64,000 nt of DNA from the sequence record NC_047776.2. One strand, given 5' to 3'. Both the position numbers and the translations under genes were made by a program. Each line of letters begins with the position of its first letter. Position 1 is the stretch's first letter. The stretch comes from Escherichia phage ESCO5. The notes under the pieces are model-generated. The model had not been told where the DNA came from, did no database searches, and worked only from the letters and a program-made list of their open reading frames with translations. Below are positions 46,163-55,190 of the stretch, piece after piece.

Positions 46163-46888
46163 TTACTTGTTAATAATGGCTGCAATGTTAGGTTCAATGA
46201 AACCTGACCACTTCATGATCTTACCTTTATCATCAAAGAACACATACACTTTCTGTTTTTCATTATAAACAGCATGAACACCAGTGTATGCCCCTTCTGG
46301 ACGATTGGCATTTCGTTCTTCAATTGCAGCGCATTCTTGTGCAATGGCTGAATCGATATCCGAAGTTTTCCAAGTTTTCAGCAACTGTTGTTTAGTTGGA
46401 TACTTGGAATCATTACTTTTCAATACCTCTTTAATAACTTTCTTTTCTGGATATTTTGAACGGATTAGAGTGTCACGAGACATACGCATAATACCAGCAG
46501 CCATTAGTGCCATTTGAACTGGCTCTGTAAATGTTTGTTCCAAAGCATCAAAATCAGTATACACAGTTGGAGTAAAAACATCGCCTACAGCATAGTCCAA
46601 GAAATTCATCGTATGTTCTTCACCAAAGAACATGTAGGTCAGATAACTGGATACTACAAAAATATCCGCTGCTGCATCCAATAGTTCTACATGATCGTTT
46701 ACTTTCGCGGCTGTTTCATACTCTTTAAGCTCTTCACGAACGAATCCGATTTGGGACATAAATAGCTCTTGAGTGAATTCAGGTTGTTCACCACCCCGTG
46801 CTTTAGCATTCCAATCAATCACGTGCTTCGCTGCATTTTTGAAAAATTCAGTATCGAACTTAATATCTTTAAAAAAATTCTCGATCAT
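46163..46888 (-). CDS. MazG-like all-alpha nucleoside triphosphate pyrophosphohydrolase
   Basis: EELKEYETAAKVNDHVELLDAAADIF (E..E...E..D metal-binding pattern). Confidence 0.5.
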   Translation of the reverse strand: MIENFFKDIKFDTEFFKNAAKHVIDWNAKARGGEQPEFTQELFMSQIGFVREELKEYETAAKVNDHVELLDAAADIFVVSSYLTYMFFGEEHTMNFLDYAVGDVFTPTVYTDFDALEQTFTEPVQMALMAAGIMRMSRDTLIRSKYPEKKVIKEVLKSNDSKYPTKQQLLKTWKTSDIDSAIAQECAAIEERNANRPEGAYTGVHAVYNEKQKVYVFFDDKGKIMKWSGFIEPNIAAIINK

Positions 46889-46897
46889 TATAACTCC

Positions 46898-47158
46898 TTA
46901 TTTAAAATAGCTTTCTAGAAAGTTGCTAATATTTACTACAGTCTCACCCATGTAAATTCCTGCGAAACCGAAAACAAGCATACGTGGAATATTGAAATAC
47001 CATTTATCCGCTGGAAAAGATGCCAGAATTACAATAGCAATTGCTATCAGCATCATAAGAATTGTTGCTAAAATTATCATAAAAATGCCTCCAGGTATTT
47101 TGAACAATGATAAGCTAAGAAACAAGAAACTACCGCATACCCAACTCCAGACATACAT
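46898..47158 (-). CDS. Small membrane protein
   Basis: Two hydrophobic helices. Confidence 0.4.
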   Translation of the reverse strand: MYVWSWVCGSFLFLSLSLFKIPGGIFMIILATILMMLIAIAIVILASFPADKWYFNIPRMLVFGFAGIYMGETVVNISNFLESYFK

Positions 47159-47271
47159 GAATCAATCACAACACATACGGTTCTTTTCTTTGAATTCTTA
47201 GGAAAGTTTTCTGAAGCATTCATACAATAAAAAGAAAGCACACTGAAAATGATTAAAATGGCTAAGAACAT
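47077..47271 (-). CDS. Small membrane protein
   Basis: 64-aa hydrophobic ORF. Confidence 0.35.
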   Translation of the reverse strand: MFLAILIIFSVLSFYCMNASENFPKNSKKRTVCVVIDSCMSGVGYAVVSCFLAYHCSKYLEAFL

Positions 47272-47280
47272 TTTTCCTCC

Positions 47281-48408
47281 TTACTCTGCTGGTTCCCAAG
47301 TGCCTGGGATCATTTCTCGAATACGAACACCAACAGGTTTTGTTGGAATACCTTCATCTGAAAATTCTTCATACTCTATTTCAACGAACTGATTAATCAA
47401 GGTAGAAGCATTCTCTGCTTTACGATAATTGATAGTCTCATGAGCATCTTTACGCATTAAGAATTCGACTACTTTACCATTTTCCATCTCACCTGTCAAC
47501 ACTCCATCGCCATTTTTATCGCTTTTTGAATTTGTTACTTTAACTTCAAGGGTGTGGCGAGGCTTACGTTTAATAACGTCATAAGAACGTTTATCAAATT
47601 CGTAAACTCCGTGAGCATTACGATATACTACACCTTCAGCTTTCTCAAGTAAAGCTTTTTCATAGAAAGCGTCAAACTGCTCTTGGTTTTCAATATACTC
47701 TGTATGAACTACACAAATAAGCTCGTCAAGACCATAATCTTCAACTACTGCCTTAAGAGCAGCAAGAGCATCAACACGTTTTTCAAACGGTAGACCTGGA
47801 ACTGGAATATCGTATACGTAATAATTCAGCAAAGGTGTATTTGCATTATGCTTCTTCCAAGCACTGTTAATTTGTTGCAGACTAAGGACACCTAACCCAG
47901 CAAACACTTCACCATCAAGAGGATGACCAACAACTTCACTAATAAAGTTTGGAATACCTTTCCAATGAGGTGGCAGGTTATACACTTCCCCAGCTTTTGA
48001 TAAACACTCCCCTTTCATGTTAATCATAGAACGTAACCCGTTCAGTTTGTATTGTGCATAACCAGGGAACACAACCCTTTCAGGATAATCTTTATAATCC
48101 TGGCATTTCATTGGTGTGGAAGGAACATGGTTTTCAGCTTCTTCTTTTGTTTTATAATAGCCATTCTTTAACTGTTTTGTCCATTTGGCAAAAGCTTCAA
48201 GTTCAGCTTGTTCTTCCGGTGTTGTTTCATTGGAACGACCAATGTTTTTTGCTTCTGCTGTATAAGATTTTTCTGTGATCTTTCCACCTACTCTTCCATG
48301 AGCTACAGTAACAACTGCACCATCTGTATATACTGTCCACTGTTTAAGTTTTCCTTTTGAATCTTTACCATACAGCGTTTGATTTGTTTGTTGCATTAGT
48401 CCTCCCAT
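47281..48408 (-). CDS. ATP-dependent polynucleotide ligase (nucleotidyltransferase superfamily; DNA or RNA ligase)
   Basis: Motif I variant KLNGLR, motif III LDGEVF, motif IV EGVVYRN, motif V VIKRKP. Confidence 0.6.
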   Translation of the reverse strand: MGGLMQQTNQTLYGKDSKGKLKQWTVYTDGAVVTVAHGRVGGKITEKSYTAEAKNIGRSNETTPEEQAELEAFAKWTKQLKNGYYKTKEEAENHVPSTPMKCQDYKDYPERVVFPGYAQYKLNGLRSMINMKGECLSKAGEVYNLPPHWKGIPNFISEVVGHPLDGEVFAGLGVLSLQQINSAWKKHNANTPLLNYYVYDIPVPGLPFEKRVDALAALKAVVEDYGLDELICVVHTEYIENQEQFDAFYEKALLEKAEGVVYRNAHGVYEFDKRSYDVIKRKPRHTLEVKVTNSKSDKNGDGVLTGEMENGKVVEFLMRKDAHETINYRKAENASTLINQFVEIEYEEFSDEGIPTKPVGVRIREMIPGTWEPAE

Positions 48409-48617
48409 TTAAAAACTGAAATTTTCAATCTGTTACACACTTCATCCAAATCTGCGTCGAGTAACGTTGTAGATGTTGCCAACATATAATCAATGCTTGT
48501 GAAACCTTGCCCTTTGGCATAGTCAAGCATATCTTCATACATATCTTCAAGATCACCGTCATCAAAAGTAGCTAGAAAATCCTCGTCTCCGCTACGAACA
48601 TAAAATGCAGTACTCAT
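48396..48617 (-). CDS. Hypothetical acidic protein
   Basis: 73-aa ORF. Confidence 0.4.
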   Translation of the reverse strand: MSTAFYVRSGDEDFLATFDDGDLEDMYEDMLDYAKGQGFTSIDYMLATSTTLLDADLDEVCNRLKISVFKWED

Positions 48618-48805
48618 TCTTCTTCATCCCAAGATTCAAAAGCACAACAATCATCGGTTTCTATAATACCAACACGTCCGCAGGTATTGCAAGTGATTTT
48701 ATCCCCGTAGAATAAATAATTTTTATCACCCTCTGTGTTTACAGTTATGTCATTACTACCACAAGGGCAAGTCAGCCAACCAACAACAACGATATCTTTT
48801 TTCAT
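48614..48805 (-). CDS. Zinc-ribbon protein
   Basis: CPCGS...CNTCG. Confidence 0.4.
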   Translation of the reverse strand: MKKDIVVVGWLTCPCGSNDITVNTEGDKNYLFYGDKITCNTCGRVGIIETDDCCAFESWDEEE

Positions 48806-48814
48806 AATCCCTCC

Positions 48815-49141
48815 TTAAGCGTTCAGTTCGTTGTTGAGTTCGTAAATCTCTTCTTGAAGAGCATCAATCTCTTCCTCCAAACGGGAGATCTCTTCTTTTA
48901 GATATACCATTTCGGACTCTTTCTCTTCTAATTCATTTTCAAATTTTACTTTATTCGCCTCATTTTCATAATGCAGTTCAGCGTAATCATCACGCATTTG
49001 TTCAATAAGATGAATCAGAGACAAGATATAATTGTCTCCCGTTTCATCACGCCACTCTTCACCGTGACGGAGAACGGTAATTCGTCCAGTATCTTCATCT
49101 AAAATTGTCTCATATTTACGATCATCTGTATAAATCTGCAT
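48815..49141 (-). CDS. Coiled-coil protein
   Basis: Glu/Leu-rich heptad-like C-terminus. Confidence 0.45.
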   Translation of the reverse strand: MQIYTDDRKYETILDEDTGRITVLRHGEEWRDETGDNYILSLIHLIEQMRDDYAELHYENEANKVKFENELEEKESEMVYLKEEISRLEEEIDALQEEIYELNNELNA

Positions 49142-49150
49142 TATTTCTCC

Positions 49151-49555
49151 TTATTGAAGTTTAAGTGAACCACGAAGACGTTTCTCTTGCTGATCACGGA
49201 TATATTGTGGAACCTCGTGAATTGAATCATTACCGTGCCTATTTTCAACAATTAAAGAGATAACTTGATAACCAAACTCTTCAGCAAGAGCTAGATAAGG
49301 TTTAAGTTCTTTCTCTGTGGTTGAAGTATTAGAAACAATAATCTTGTTAAGATTAGATGCCATAGCATCACGAACAATACCCTGACACCATGCGTGTGCT
49401 TTACCTACATTTTCTGGCTTCCAATCGTAAACACCACTCTCTGTGTAATGATATTGATCTGCCTCACAGATAGGCCAATAACCTTCAGAAATAATTTCTG
49501 CTACTGTAGATTTACCAGCACCTGAAACGCCACGTAAAATGATAAGTTGTTTCAT
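49151..49555 (-). CDS. Polynucleotide 5'-kinase-like P-loop kinase (T4 Pnk kinase-domain type, kinase only)
   Basis: LRGVSGAGKSTVA Walker A and overall resemblance to the T4 Pnkp N-terminal kinase domain; 134 aa, no phosphatase domain. Confidence 0.6.
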   Translation of the reverse strand: MKQLIILRGVSGAGKSTVAEIISEGYWPICEADQYHYTESGVYDWKPENVGKAHAWCQGIVRDAMASNLNKIIVSNTSTTEKELKPYLALAEEFGYQVISLIVENRHGNDSIHEVPQYIRDQQEKRLRGSLKLQ

Positions 49556-50488
49556 TTATCCTCCAAAAAAGTTTTCGATTTTTTCACGTCGCTCTTGCTG
49601 ATTTAAAGCAGCCCATTGAGTCTTCGTAAAATTATTTCGAATCCATTCTAACAAAGCGTAATATTCTTCGTCAACAATTTGTTTGGCATTTTTCGGATTA
49701 TCCCAAATCAGATCCCACTTTTTATCTCCACCGCGCATAAGAAACTTCTTAGTAAGATAGTGTGGTGATTTAATTTTTAAAAGTAAGTTGAACGGATAGT
49801 TTGTTTCACGAACTACAAACCCTTCGTGTTTACAATGTTTAGACATTTCAACAACATCTGAAAACTTAACCATTGGATAAACTTCAGGACGCTTAAATTT
49901 GGTGACAGAAGCAATTCCATCAAGAGCACCTTCAGGTAACATAAAACTTGTCCCATCAGGATTTTGAATTCTGGCACCAATTAAGTATGCACCTGGTTCT
50001 TCTTCGACAATATGCGGATCAGAAGGATCACAGATTTCAAAAAGGAAAGTTGCTTTTGCACTCTCTGTCCATTTGATGAAATGTTCTATGTCATCACACT
50101 CTGAAACAATACGATTCTTTGCAATACTTGCAAAATCTGATTCAAGGCTTCCTGTTGTCGATACAATAAGTTGACCTTTATATACACCTACAGAGGCCAT
50201 AAAACCATTTACTTTACGAACCACATCTACAAGTTCATCCAATGGTAGATCTGTGCCATTCTCAAAACGATTAAAAATCTTAGTGAAAGGCCAAATAACA
50301 ACATTGTCATCAGCATCAACAACGATTCCGCGACATTCTAGAAGACGAGAATCAATGCTCCATAAGTTATCCCAGAAAACTTTGTTCTTATACTTAAGAA
50401 CAGATAGACCAGAATACTCTCCTTCTTTATATGTTTTCTTATGAACTAAACCTTTTTCAACCAAATCGTCGCAATTAAATTTAGTCAC
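49556..50488 (-). CDS. RNA ligase, T4 Rnl1-like
   Basis: LLECRGIVV matches T4 Rnl1 LECRGIMF; motif I variant RKVNG; SLESDFAS region. Confidence 0.6.
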   Translation of the reverse strand: MTKFNCDDLVEKGLVHKKTYKEGEYSGLSVLKYKNKVFWDNLWSIDSRLLECRGIVVDADDNVVIWPFTKIFNRFENGTDLPLDELVDVVRKVNGFMASVGVYKGQLIVSTTGSLESDFASIAKNRIVSECDDIEHFIKWTESAKATFLFEICDPSDPHIVEEEPGAYLIGARIQNPDGTSFMLPEGALDGIASVTKFKRPEVYPMVKFSDVVEMSKHCKHEGFVVRETNYPFNLLLKIKSPHYLTKKFLMRGGDKKWDLIWDNPKNAKQIVDEEYYALLEWIRNNFTKTQWAALNQQERREKIENFFGG

Positions 50489-50489
50489 A

Positions 50490-51041
50490 TTACTCTCCTT
50501 TGATTATTTTGTGATGGTCTACAGTCACGATATCTCGTTTACTCATCATAGAAATTATCTCATCAAAATGCAAGATTTTTCCGTGTGCATCCCAACCCAC
50601 ATCTAACATTTTACCATAAGCTTCATCAGGGAAAGATCCGTGGGAATGCCCGTGTAGCATGATTGATCCACGACCTTGTTTATTCCAGGAGGCCATAGGG
50701 TAATGACTTAAGACGAAGAACAGCTTCTGATATTTCACTTCGTCATAATACACCACTTCACCATACTCTGCAAGCACTTCTCGGTGTTTGCTGTAGTCAT
50801 GGTTCCCAACACAGTAGGTGATATCTCCTTGGAGACGAGAAGCAATTTTACGGGTATCTTCTTCAGTTCCGAAACAGAAGTCGCCCAAATGCCACATCTT
50901 AACACCAGGAGTAGTAGCACATTTGTTCCATGCTTCGATCAAGGCTTCTGTCATGTGGTCCATATCTTCCCACGGACGATATTCAGGAGCAAACTCTCGA
51001 ATACGTTTATGCATAAAATGCAAATCGCTTGTAATAAACAT
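50490..51041 (-). CDS. Metallophosphoesterase (calcineurin-like)
   Basis: SDLHF, GDF and GNHD metal-binding motifs. Confidence 0.65.
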   Translation of the reverse strand: MFITSDLHFMHKRIREFAPEYRPWEDMDHMTEALIEAWNKCATTPGVKMWHLGDFCFGTEEDTRKIASRLQGDITYCVGNHDYSKHREVLAEYGEVVYYDEVKYQKLFFVLSHYPMASWNKQGRGSIMLHGHSHGSFPDEAYGKMLDVGWDAHGKILHFDEIISMMSKRDIVTVDHHKIIKGE

Positions 51042-51397
51042 TAGTATAATCCCTCGCTAAATAATTCATGGTCGTGACCATTACGCTCATGGTCGATCTG
51101 GTCAGCATTTTCCGCGATGATGTAAGCATCCGCACGACTCCACCAATTGTAATACTGATCGATAAAGCCTTGATTATCTGGTGTGCACAAAGTTTTGTTG
51201 ATTACACCTGCTTCTTTCAACACGTTTAACTGTGCATATAGTACAGGATTTGCATGTCGAACACAAGGAATAATTAACTCTTCACCATTATTCAAAATAT
51301 ACTTATTTGCAGCACAGACGATAACACGTTGCGCATAATGACCCTCACCCATCCAGGTAAGAGGTTGGTAACAAATATTGTTTTCAATACCACTCAT
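51041..51397 (-). CDS. Hypothetical protein
   Basis: 118-aa ORF with SD GAGGA. Confidence 0.45.
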   Translation of the reverse strand: MSGIENNICYQPLTWMGEGHYAQRVIVCAANKYILNNGEELIIPCVRHANPVLYAQLNVLKEAGVINKTLCTPDNQGFIDQYYNWWSRADAYIIAENADQIDHERNGHDHELFSEGLY

Positions 51398-51403
51398 TGT
51401 TTC

Positions 51404-51547
51404 CTAATCCTCCTCTCTTAAGTTATCCTCGAAAAAACTAGTGTCTGGAAGTAAAAGATCATTACTTGTGTCGGGCCAATCCTCTTCTTCTCGGTAGATA
51501 AAGTAACCTTCGTCCTCTTCTTGTTCCGACCAAACCGAATGATGCAT
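51404..51547 (-). CDS. Small acidic protein (47 aa)
   Basis: ORF below the track cutoff with SD GGAGAG. Confidence 0.35.
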   Translation of the reverse strand: MHHSVWSEQEEDEGYFIYREEEDWPDTSNDLLLPDTSFFEDNLREED

Positions 51548-51556
51548 GTTCTCTCC

Positions 51557-51901
51557 TTAGTAGTGCACACGAATCATTTTAATACCATAACGCAGCATAG
51601 ATTCTTTTGCAAGCATGAATTTATCCCCAGCGGCGGGATTAGAAGTATGCACGAAAATGGTGGGTGAACCAAAGCAAGGTTTACCAAACGCCAGAAGTTC
51701 TTCCAGGTACAGGAAAACATCATACCCATCTTGGTCTGACTCCATACCTAAATCATTGTCAAAAGACCACTCGGTTACTCTTCGATACAGTTTAGCAGGA
51801 TCGTTGAGAAAGGCCATAGCTTCTTGTGACGTTTTAAACCAAATTGCATCCTCCTGTCCATAGTCGGCTGGGTTCCGCATATCATCTATCCAAACTTTCA
51901 T
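51557..51901 (-). CDS. Hypothetical protein
   Basis: 114-aa ORF. Confidence 0.45.
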   Translation of the reverse strand: MKVWIDDMRNPADYGQEDAIWFKTSQEAMAFLNDPAKLYRRVTEWSFDNDLGMESDQDGYDVFLYLEELLAFGKPCFGSPTIFVHTSNPAAGDKFMLAKESMLRYGIKMIRVHY

Positions 51902-51911
51902 ATAACCTCCT

Positions 51912-52382
51912 TTAAGCTGGCATGATTAAAAAAGAACTTTCCACTTCAAAATGCCAATCATCAACAAGCCCTGATTCCCAATCCTTCTCTTCATGGAAAG
52001 AGCAAATCCAACGGTACATACCTGGCGGTGTATTCTCAACATCTTCTGGCAACCCATAATCCAAAGCTGTCTTACCGTTCTCTGTAAAACTAGGATGGAG
52101 ATTAGGAGCCTTCAGTACAGAAACCATACCTCCAACATCCACAGCTACGATCCACTCTGTCATGTATGGGCTGTCATATTGAGGCTCATCAGAACCTACC
52201 TCAACAGCCTCTGTGCGTAAGATGATAATAGCCTGCTCTGTGATTGGGGCTTTGACAATATAACCGTGGTCCTCAAAAAGATCGATAACCTCGAACTCAT
52301 CGCCGTTTTCGACACCATAACTCTTATTCAAAGAGATAAACTTCGGGTTATCATCGTAAGCTTTAGTTACTTTAATTCTCAT
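51912..52382 (-). CDS. Hypothetical protein
   Basis: 156-aa ORF. Confidence 0.45.
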   Translation of the reverse strand: MRIKVTKAYDDNPKFISLNKSYGVENGDEFEVIDLFEDHGYIVKAPITEQAIIILRTEAVEVGSDEPQYDSPYMTEWIVAVDVGGMVSVLKAPNLHPSFTENGKTALDYGLPEDVENTPPGMYRWICSFHEEKDWESGLVDDWHFEVESSFLIMPA

Positions 52383-52603
52383 TTTTCCTCCTTCACTTTA
52401 ACCTCAAATTCTACAGGATTACCCTCAATGTAAAAACACTGATACTCTGCCTTATCATCATCATCACGAGGCCAAGTTACCAAGGAGTTATAGCAATCTT
52501 CTGGTGCTTTGAAGATGGTTTTAGTCTCCACAGTAACATTCCCATTAAGTGTTGCCAATACCACCCACCCAGCTACAGGGATCATAGTGCCTCCACTTTC
52601 CAC
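52379..52603 (-). CDS. Hypothetical protein
   Basis: 74-aa ORF. Confidence 0.4.
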   Translation of the reverse strand: MESGGTMIPVAGWVVLATLNGNVTVETKTIFKAPEDCYNSLVTWPRDDDDKAEYQCFYIEGNPVEFEVKVKEEK

Positions 52604-52764
52604 GTTTTACCCTTATCAACCAAGGTCTTTGCTACAGCATACTCCTTCCCATTAACAATGAAATAATAAACTATAAAAGATTTTCCGATTGTTACTGTCT
52701 TAGTAACCTCTACGCGTTTAACACCTTGCATGTATTTTGCCTTACCGGAATAGAGTAAAATCAT
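52582..52764 (-). CDS. Hypothetical protein
   Basis: 60-aa ORF. Confidence 0.35.
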   Translation of the reverse strand: MILLYSGKAKYMQGVKRVEVTKTVTIGKSFIVYYFIVNGKEYAVAKTLVDKGKTWKVEAL

Positions 52765-53042
52765 TTTGCATTCCTCTTGTTGTTGATAACATCCATAGCA
52801 GTATATGGTTTATTAGTGCCATGATACTCCAGAATCATTGGAGATCCTTCTTGCACTACTTCAAAGATACCATAAACAGAACTTTCAGCAAATACCATTT
52901 GCTTCGTACCTTCATCGTTTACAACGAGAGAAAACTTCTTGCCTGTCCCGTTGAGGATCTCGTATTTCTTGCCAGCCGTGAATAATCCAGAGTACCACTC
53001 ATTATCTGTTGCTTTTACACACTTCAGGAAAGTCTTGATCAT
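52761..53042 (-). CDS. Hypothetical protein
   Basis: 93-aa ORF. Confidence 0.4.
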   Translation of the reverse strand: MIKTFLKCVKATDNEWYSGLFTAGKKYEILNGTGKKFSLVVNDEGTKQMVFAESSVYGIFEVVQEGSPMILEYHGTNKPYTAMDVINNKRNAK

Positions 53043-53607
53043 TTCTTTTTATCTCCTCTTTTAATCTATCTACTATACGAACATCATAGACGCCCTCTGT
53101 ATACATGTCAATAACTTCTTCAAGATAAACTTTTTTAGCTTTTCTGTAAGCTTCTTTTGCTGCCTCTTCTGTAGAAAAACTTCCAAGATAGAAGCCCTTA
53201 CCGAACTTACGGATGCTCGCTTGGTAGACCTTATCTCTCTTGTGATATGTAACACCCCTATAAGATGTCGAACCCATAAGTGCAAAATTCACATACTCTG
53301 GTATAAAGACACACGTGCTTGGTGAATAAACTTTAGAATCGGAAAGAAAATCCTTATCTAAAACTTTACCTTCCCAAGATTGACTCTCCATCCAGTTTTT
53401 GAAGTTAGAGAAGACCAACCATTCATCACAAACTTGAGAATTTTTGTATGCTGGCATCCTTGCCAACTGCTTCTCACAGTAACACCTACGCAACATATCC
53501 GTCCATCTCTCGTAATAAGGGCATGTCTTCCTTTTACCATCTTCTCCCCAAAAAGTAACTGGAACTTTTGAATCATTTATTCCTTTTCCGAACACTAGTT
53601 TTTTCAT
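53002..53607 (-). CDS. Homing-endonuclease-like protein with AP2-type DNA-binding domain (paralog of 36064-36723)
   Basis: FYLGSFSTEEAAKEAY AP2-like motif; W..M..RC, CDEW..FSNF and LDKDFL motifs shared with the ORF at 36064. Confidence 0.55.
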   Translation of the reverse strand: MKKLVFGKGINDSKVPVTFWGEDGKRKTCPYYERWTDMLRRCYCEKQLARMPAYKNSQVCDEWLVFSNFKNWMESQSWEGKVLDKDFLSDSKVYSPSTCVFIPEYVNFALMGSTSYRGVTYHKRDKVYQASIRKFGKGFYLGSFSTEEAAKEAYRKAKKVYLEEVIDMYTEGVYDVRIVDRLKEEIKRNDQDFPEVCKSNR

Positions 53608-53926
53608 AAATTTTTAATACTCCGTTTTCTTTTGCACAGGTTGGTACTGTCTTAAGTCCTCTTCGTTTTGCATCTGGAAGATTGAGTGTCCACCATCCGA
53701 ACCAATAAATTTGGTCTGCCGTGAGTGGTTCAGCCATTGGATCTGCCTCCTGCTCCTCAAGACGTTGCAACGCTTCTTCAATCTTCTCGATTGGTGTGTC
53801 AAAGACGAATGCCTCCGTATCAAATTTATCTTTCTTAGGAACTGATTTGGCTACTTTGAGAACCTCGTTTTTCGGTTTCTTAGTAACGTTCTTTGGCTTT
53901 GATAACTTCTTCGGTGTTTTCGCCAC
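53573..53926 (-). CDS. Hypothetical protein with Lys-rich N-terminus
   Basis: 117-aa ORF. Confidence 0.4.
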   Translation of the reverse strand: MAKTPKKLSKPKNVTKKPKNEVLKVAKSVPKKDKFDTEAFVFDTPIEKIEEALQRLEEQEADPMAEPLTADQIYWFGWWTLNLPDAKRRGLKTVPTCAKENGVLKIYEKTSVRKRNK

Positions 53927-54119
53927 TTACTACCTCCATACGATCTAAAAAGTCATTCACAAATCTCCAGTAACGTTGACCTGTTCTAAGATCTTCATAG
54001 ATAACCACAGGATCAAACACTTTAGATATTCCGGCGGGTTTTGGAAATTCCACTACTGTATATAAACCACCTTTTGCTACACAAGAATAGGTTACGCCTG
54101 TAATTGGATAGTTGCTCAT
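53880..54119 (-). CDS. Hypothetical protein
   Basis: 79-aa ORF. Confidence 0.4.
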   Translation of the reverse strand: MSNYPITGVTYSCVAKGGLYTVVEFPKPAGISKVFDPVVIYEDLRTGQRYWRFVNDFLDRMEVVSGENTEEVIKAKERY

Positions 54120-54310
54120 TTCTTTACGTACTCCATGATTGGGGTATGGTCGCCAGTAAGCGTAACACGGCTGTAGGACACATCTTGTGTCTTCAATGTA
54201 TCAATCCACTCTAAGAAGTGTTCTTTCGCTTCTGTGTAGTTCTGTGTGCCTTTAACAACGTGTATACCATCTAGAGTTACACGGAATACCATTTGAATAA
54301 CGTCTTTCAT
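54116..54310 (-). CDS. Hypothetical protein
   Basis: 64-aa ORF. Confidence 0.4.
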   Translation of the reverse strand: MKDVIQMVFRVTLDGIHVVKGTQNYTEAKEHFLEWIDTLKTQDVSYSRVTLTGDHTPIMEYVKK

Positions 54311-54423
54311 TTCTTACCTCCCTTGTTTTCAAAATAACTTACTAGAACATCGTGAACCACACACATGGCAAAAATCAGAACAATTGTTGTCAGGACTGGA
54401 TTCTCACTAATTAGTGCTATCAT
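54307..54423 (-). CDS. Small membrane peptide
   Basis: Internal ATG with SD GGAGGTGG; hydrophobic. Confidence 0.3.
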   Translation of the reverse strand: MIALISENPVLTTIVLIFAMCVVHDVLVSYFENKGGKK

Positions 54424-54730
54424 CTTTAACCACCTCCAATTGCCTTTCGAGTTTGACTTTGTTTGAGAACTGATAATGACACAACTTACATTGCATGTCA
54501 ACAATCTGATCGTGATTTAACCCTACAATTTTAACTTCCTTTGCACCATCCCACTCCAAATACTCAAAGCCATCCAAATGATTACTCTTGTCCAACAGGA
54601 ATGCTATCTGCTGCCATTCAATCTGAATGTCATTTAAATGATATGCTGCACAGAATATATCTTCATAGTAAAAAACGATCATTGTCATTGCTTCGTCCAG
54701 CACAACTACCTCTTGTCTTGTAAATCTCAT
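54407..54730 (-). CDS. Hypothetical protein; first gene of the minus-strand block
   Basis: ORF with SD TAGGAGG upstream. Confidence 0.5.
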   Translation of the reverse strand: MRFTRQEVVVLDEAMTMIVFYYEDIFCAAYHLNDIQIEWQQIAFLLDKSNHLDGFEYLEWDGAKEVKIVGLNHDQIVDMQCKLCHYQFSNKVKLERQLEVVKDDSTN

Positions 54731-54980
54731 TCTAGCCTCCTAAACGCGTCTCTGACGCACTTTTTATATATAAGATGATAAATCACCTTACCTAGTAAGT
54801 GAACTTGCTCTACGAGCCTCTTATGAAGCTTATGTTATAGGCTATACTATTGCTACCTGTTTAAGCAAGGTTTTTGCACAAAGAAAATAATTTTTAATAA
54901 AACTCTTGACTTTTGTGTTCGAAGTATGCTACCCTAGAAATCTATTAACGAGCGCAGCGAGTTAAGGTTTTAGGTTGTTG

Positions 54981-55190
54981 ATGTAGTACTCTGTACTCAA
55001 GTACTGTACTCCGTACTAGATTAATAATTATTAAATATTAATAATAAATAATTATTAGATCTAACAAACAGGTACAGTGTATCAGAACTGGTACGTACAG
55101 ATCAACTTCTATCAATTAAAAAATAAAATAATAAATTATTATAAATAATACTTGATCTATAGATCAGTATGAAGTACAGTACAGAACATC
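54981..55190. repeat. Repeat-rich AT-rich non-coding region: five tandem GTACT motifs (54984-55017), AT palindrome TAATAATTATTA (55021 onward), GTAC-containing segment, palindrome GATCTATAGATC (55154-55165), inverted AGTACAGTACAG (55171-55187)
   Basis: Read directly from the sequence; lies between the divergent minus-strand and plus-strand blocks. Confidence 0.6.

Noticed and set aside
54984-55017. Tandem GTACT repeats as a possible CRISPR array
   Set aside because: Repeat units are only 5-8 nt with no spacers of defined length and no cas genes; consistent with protein-binding iterons, not CRISPR.
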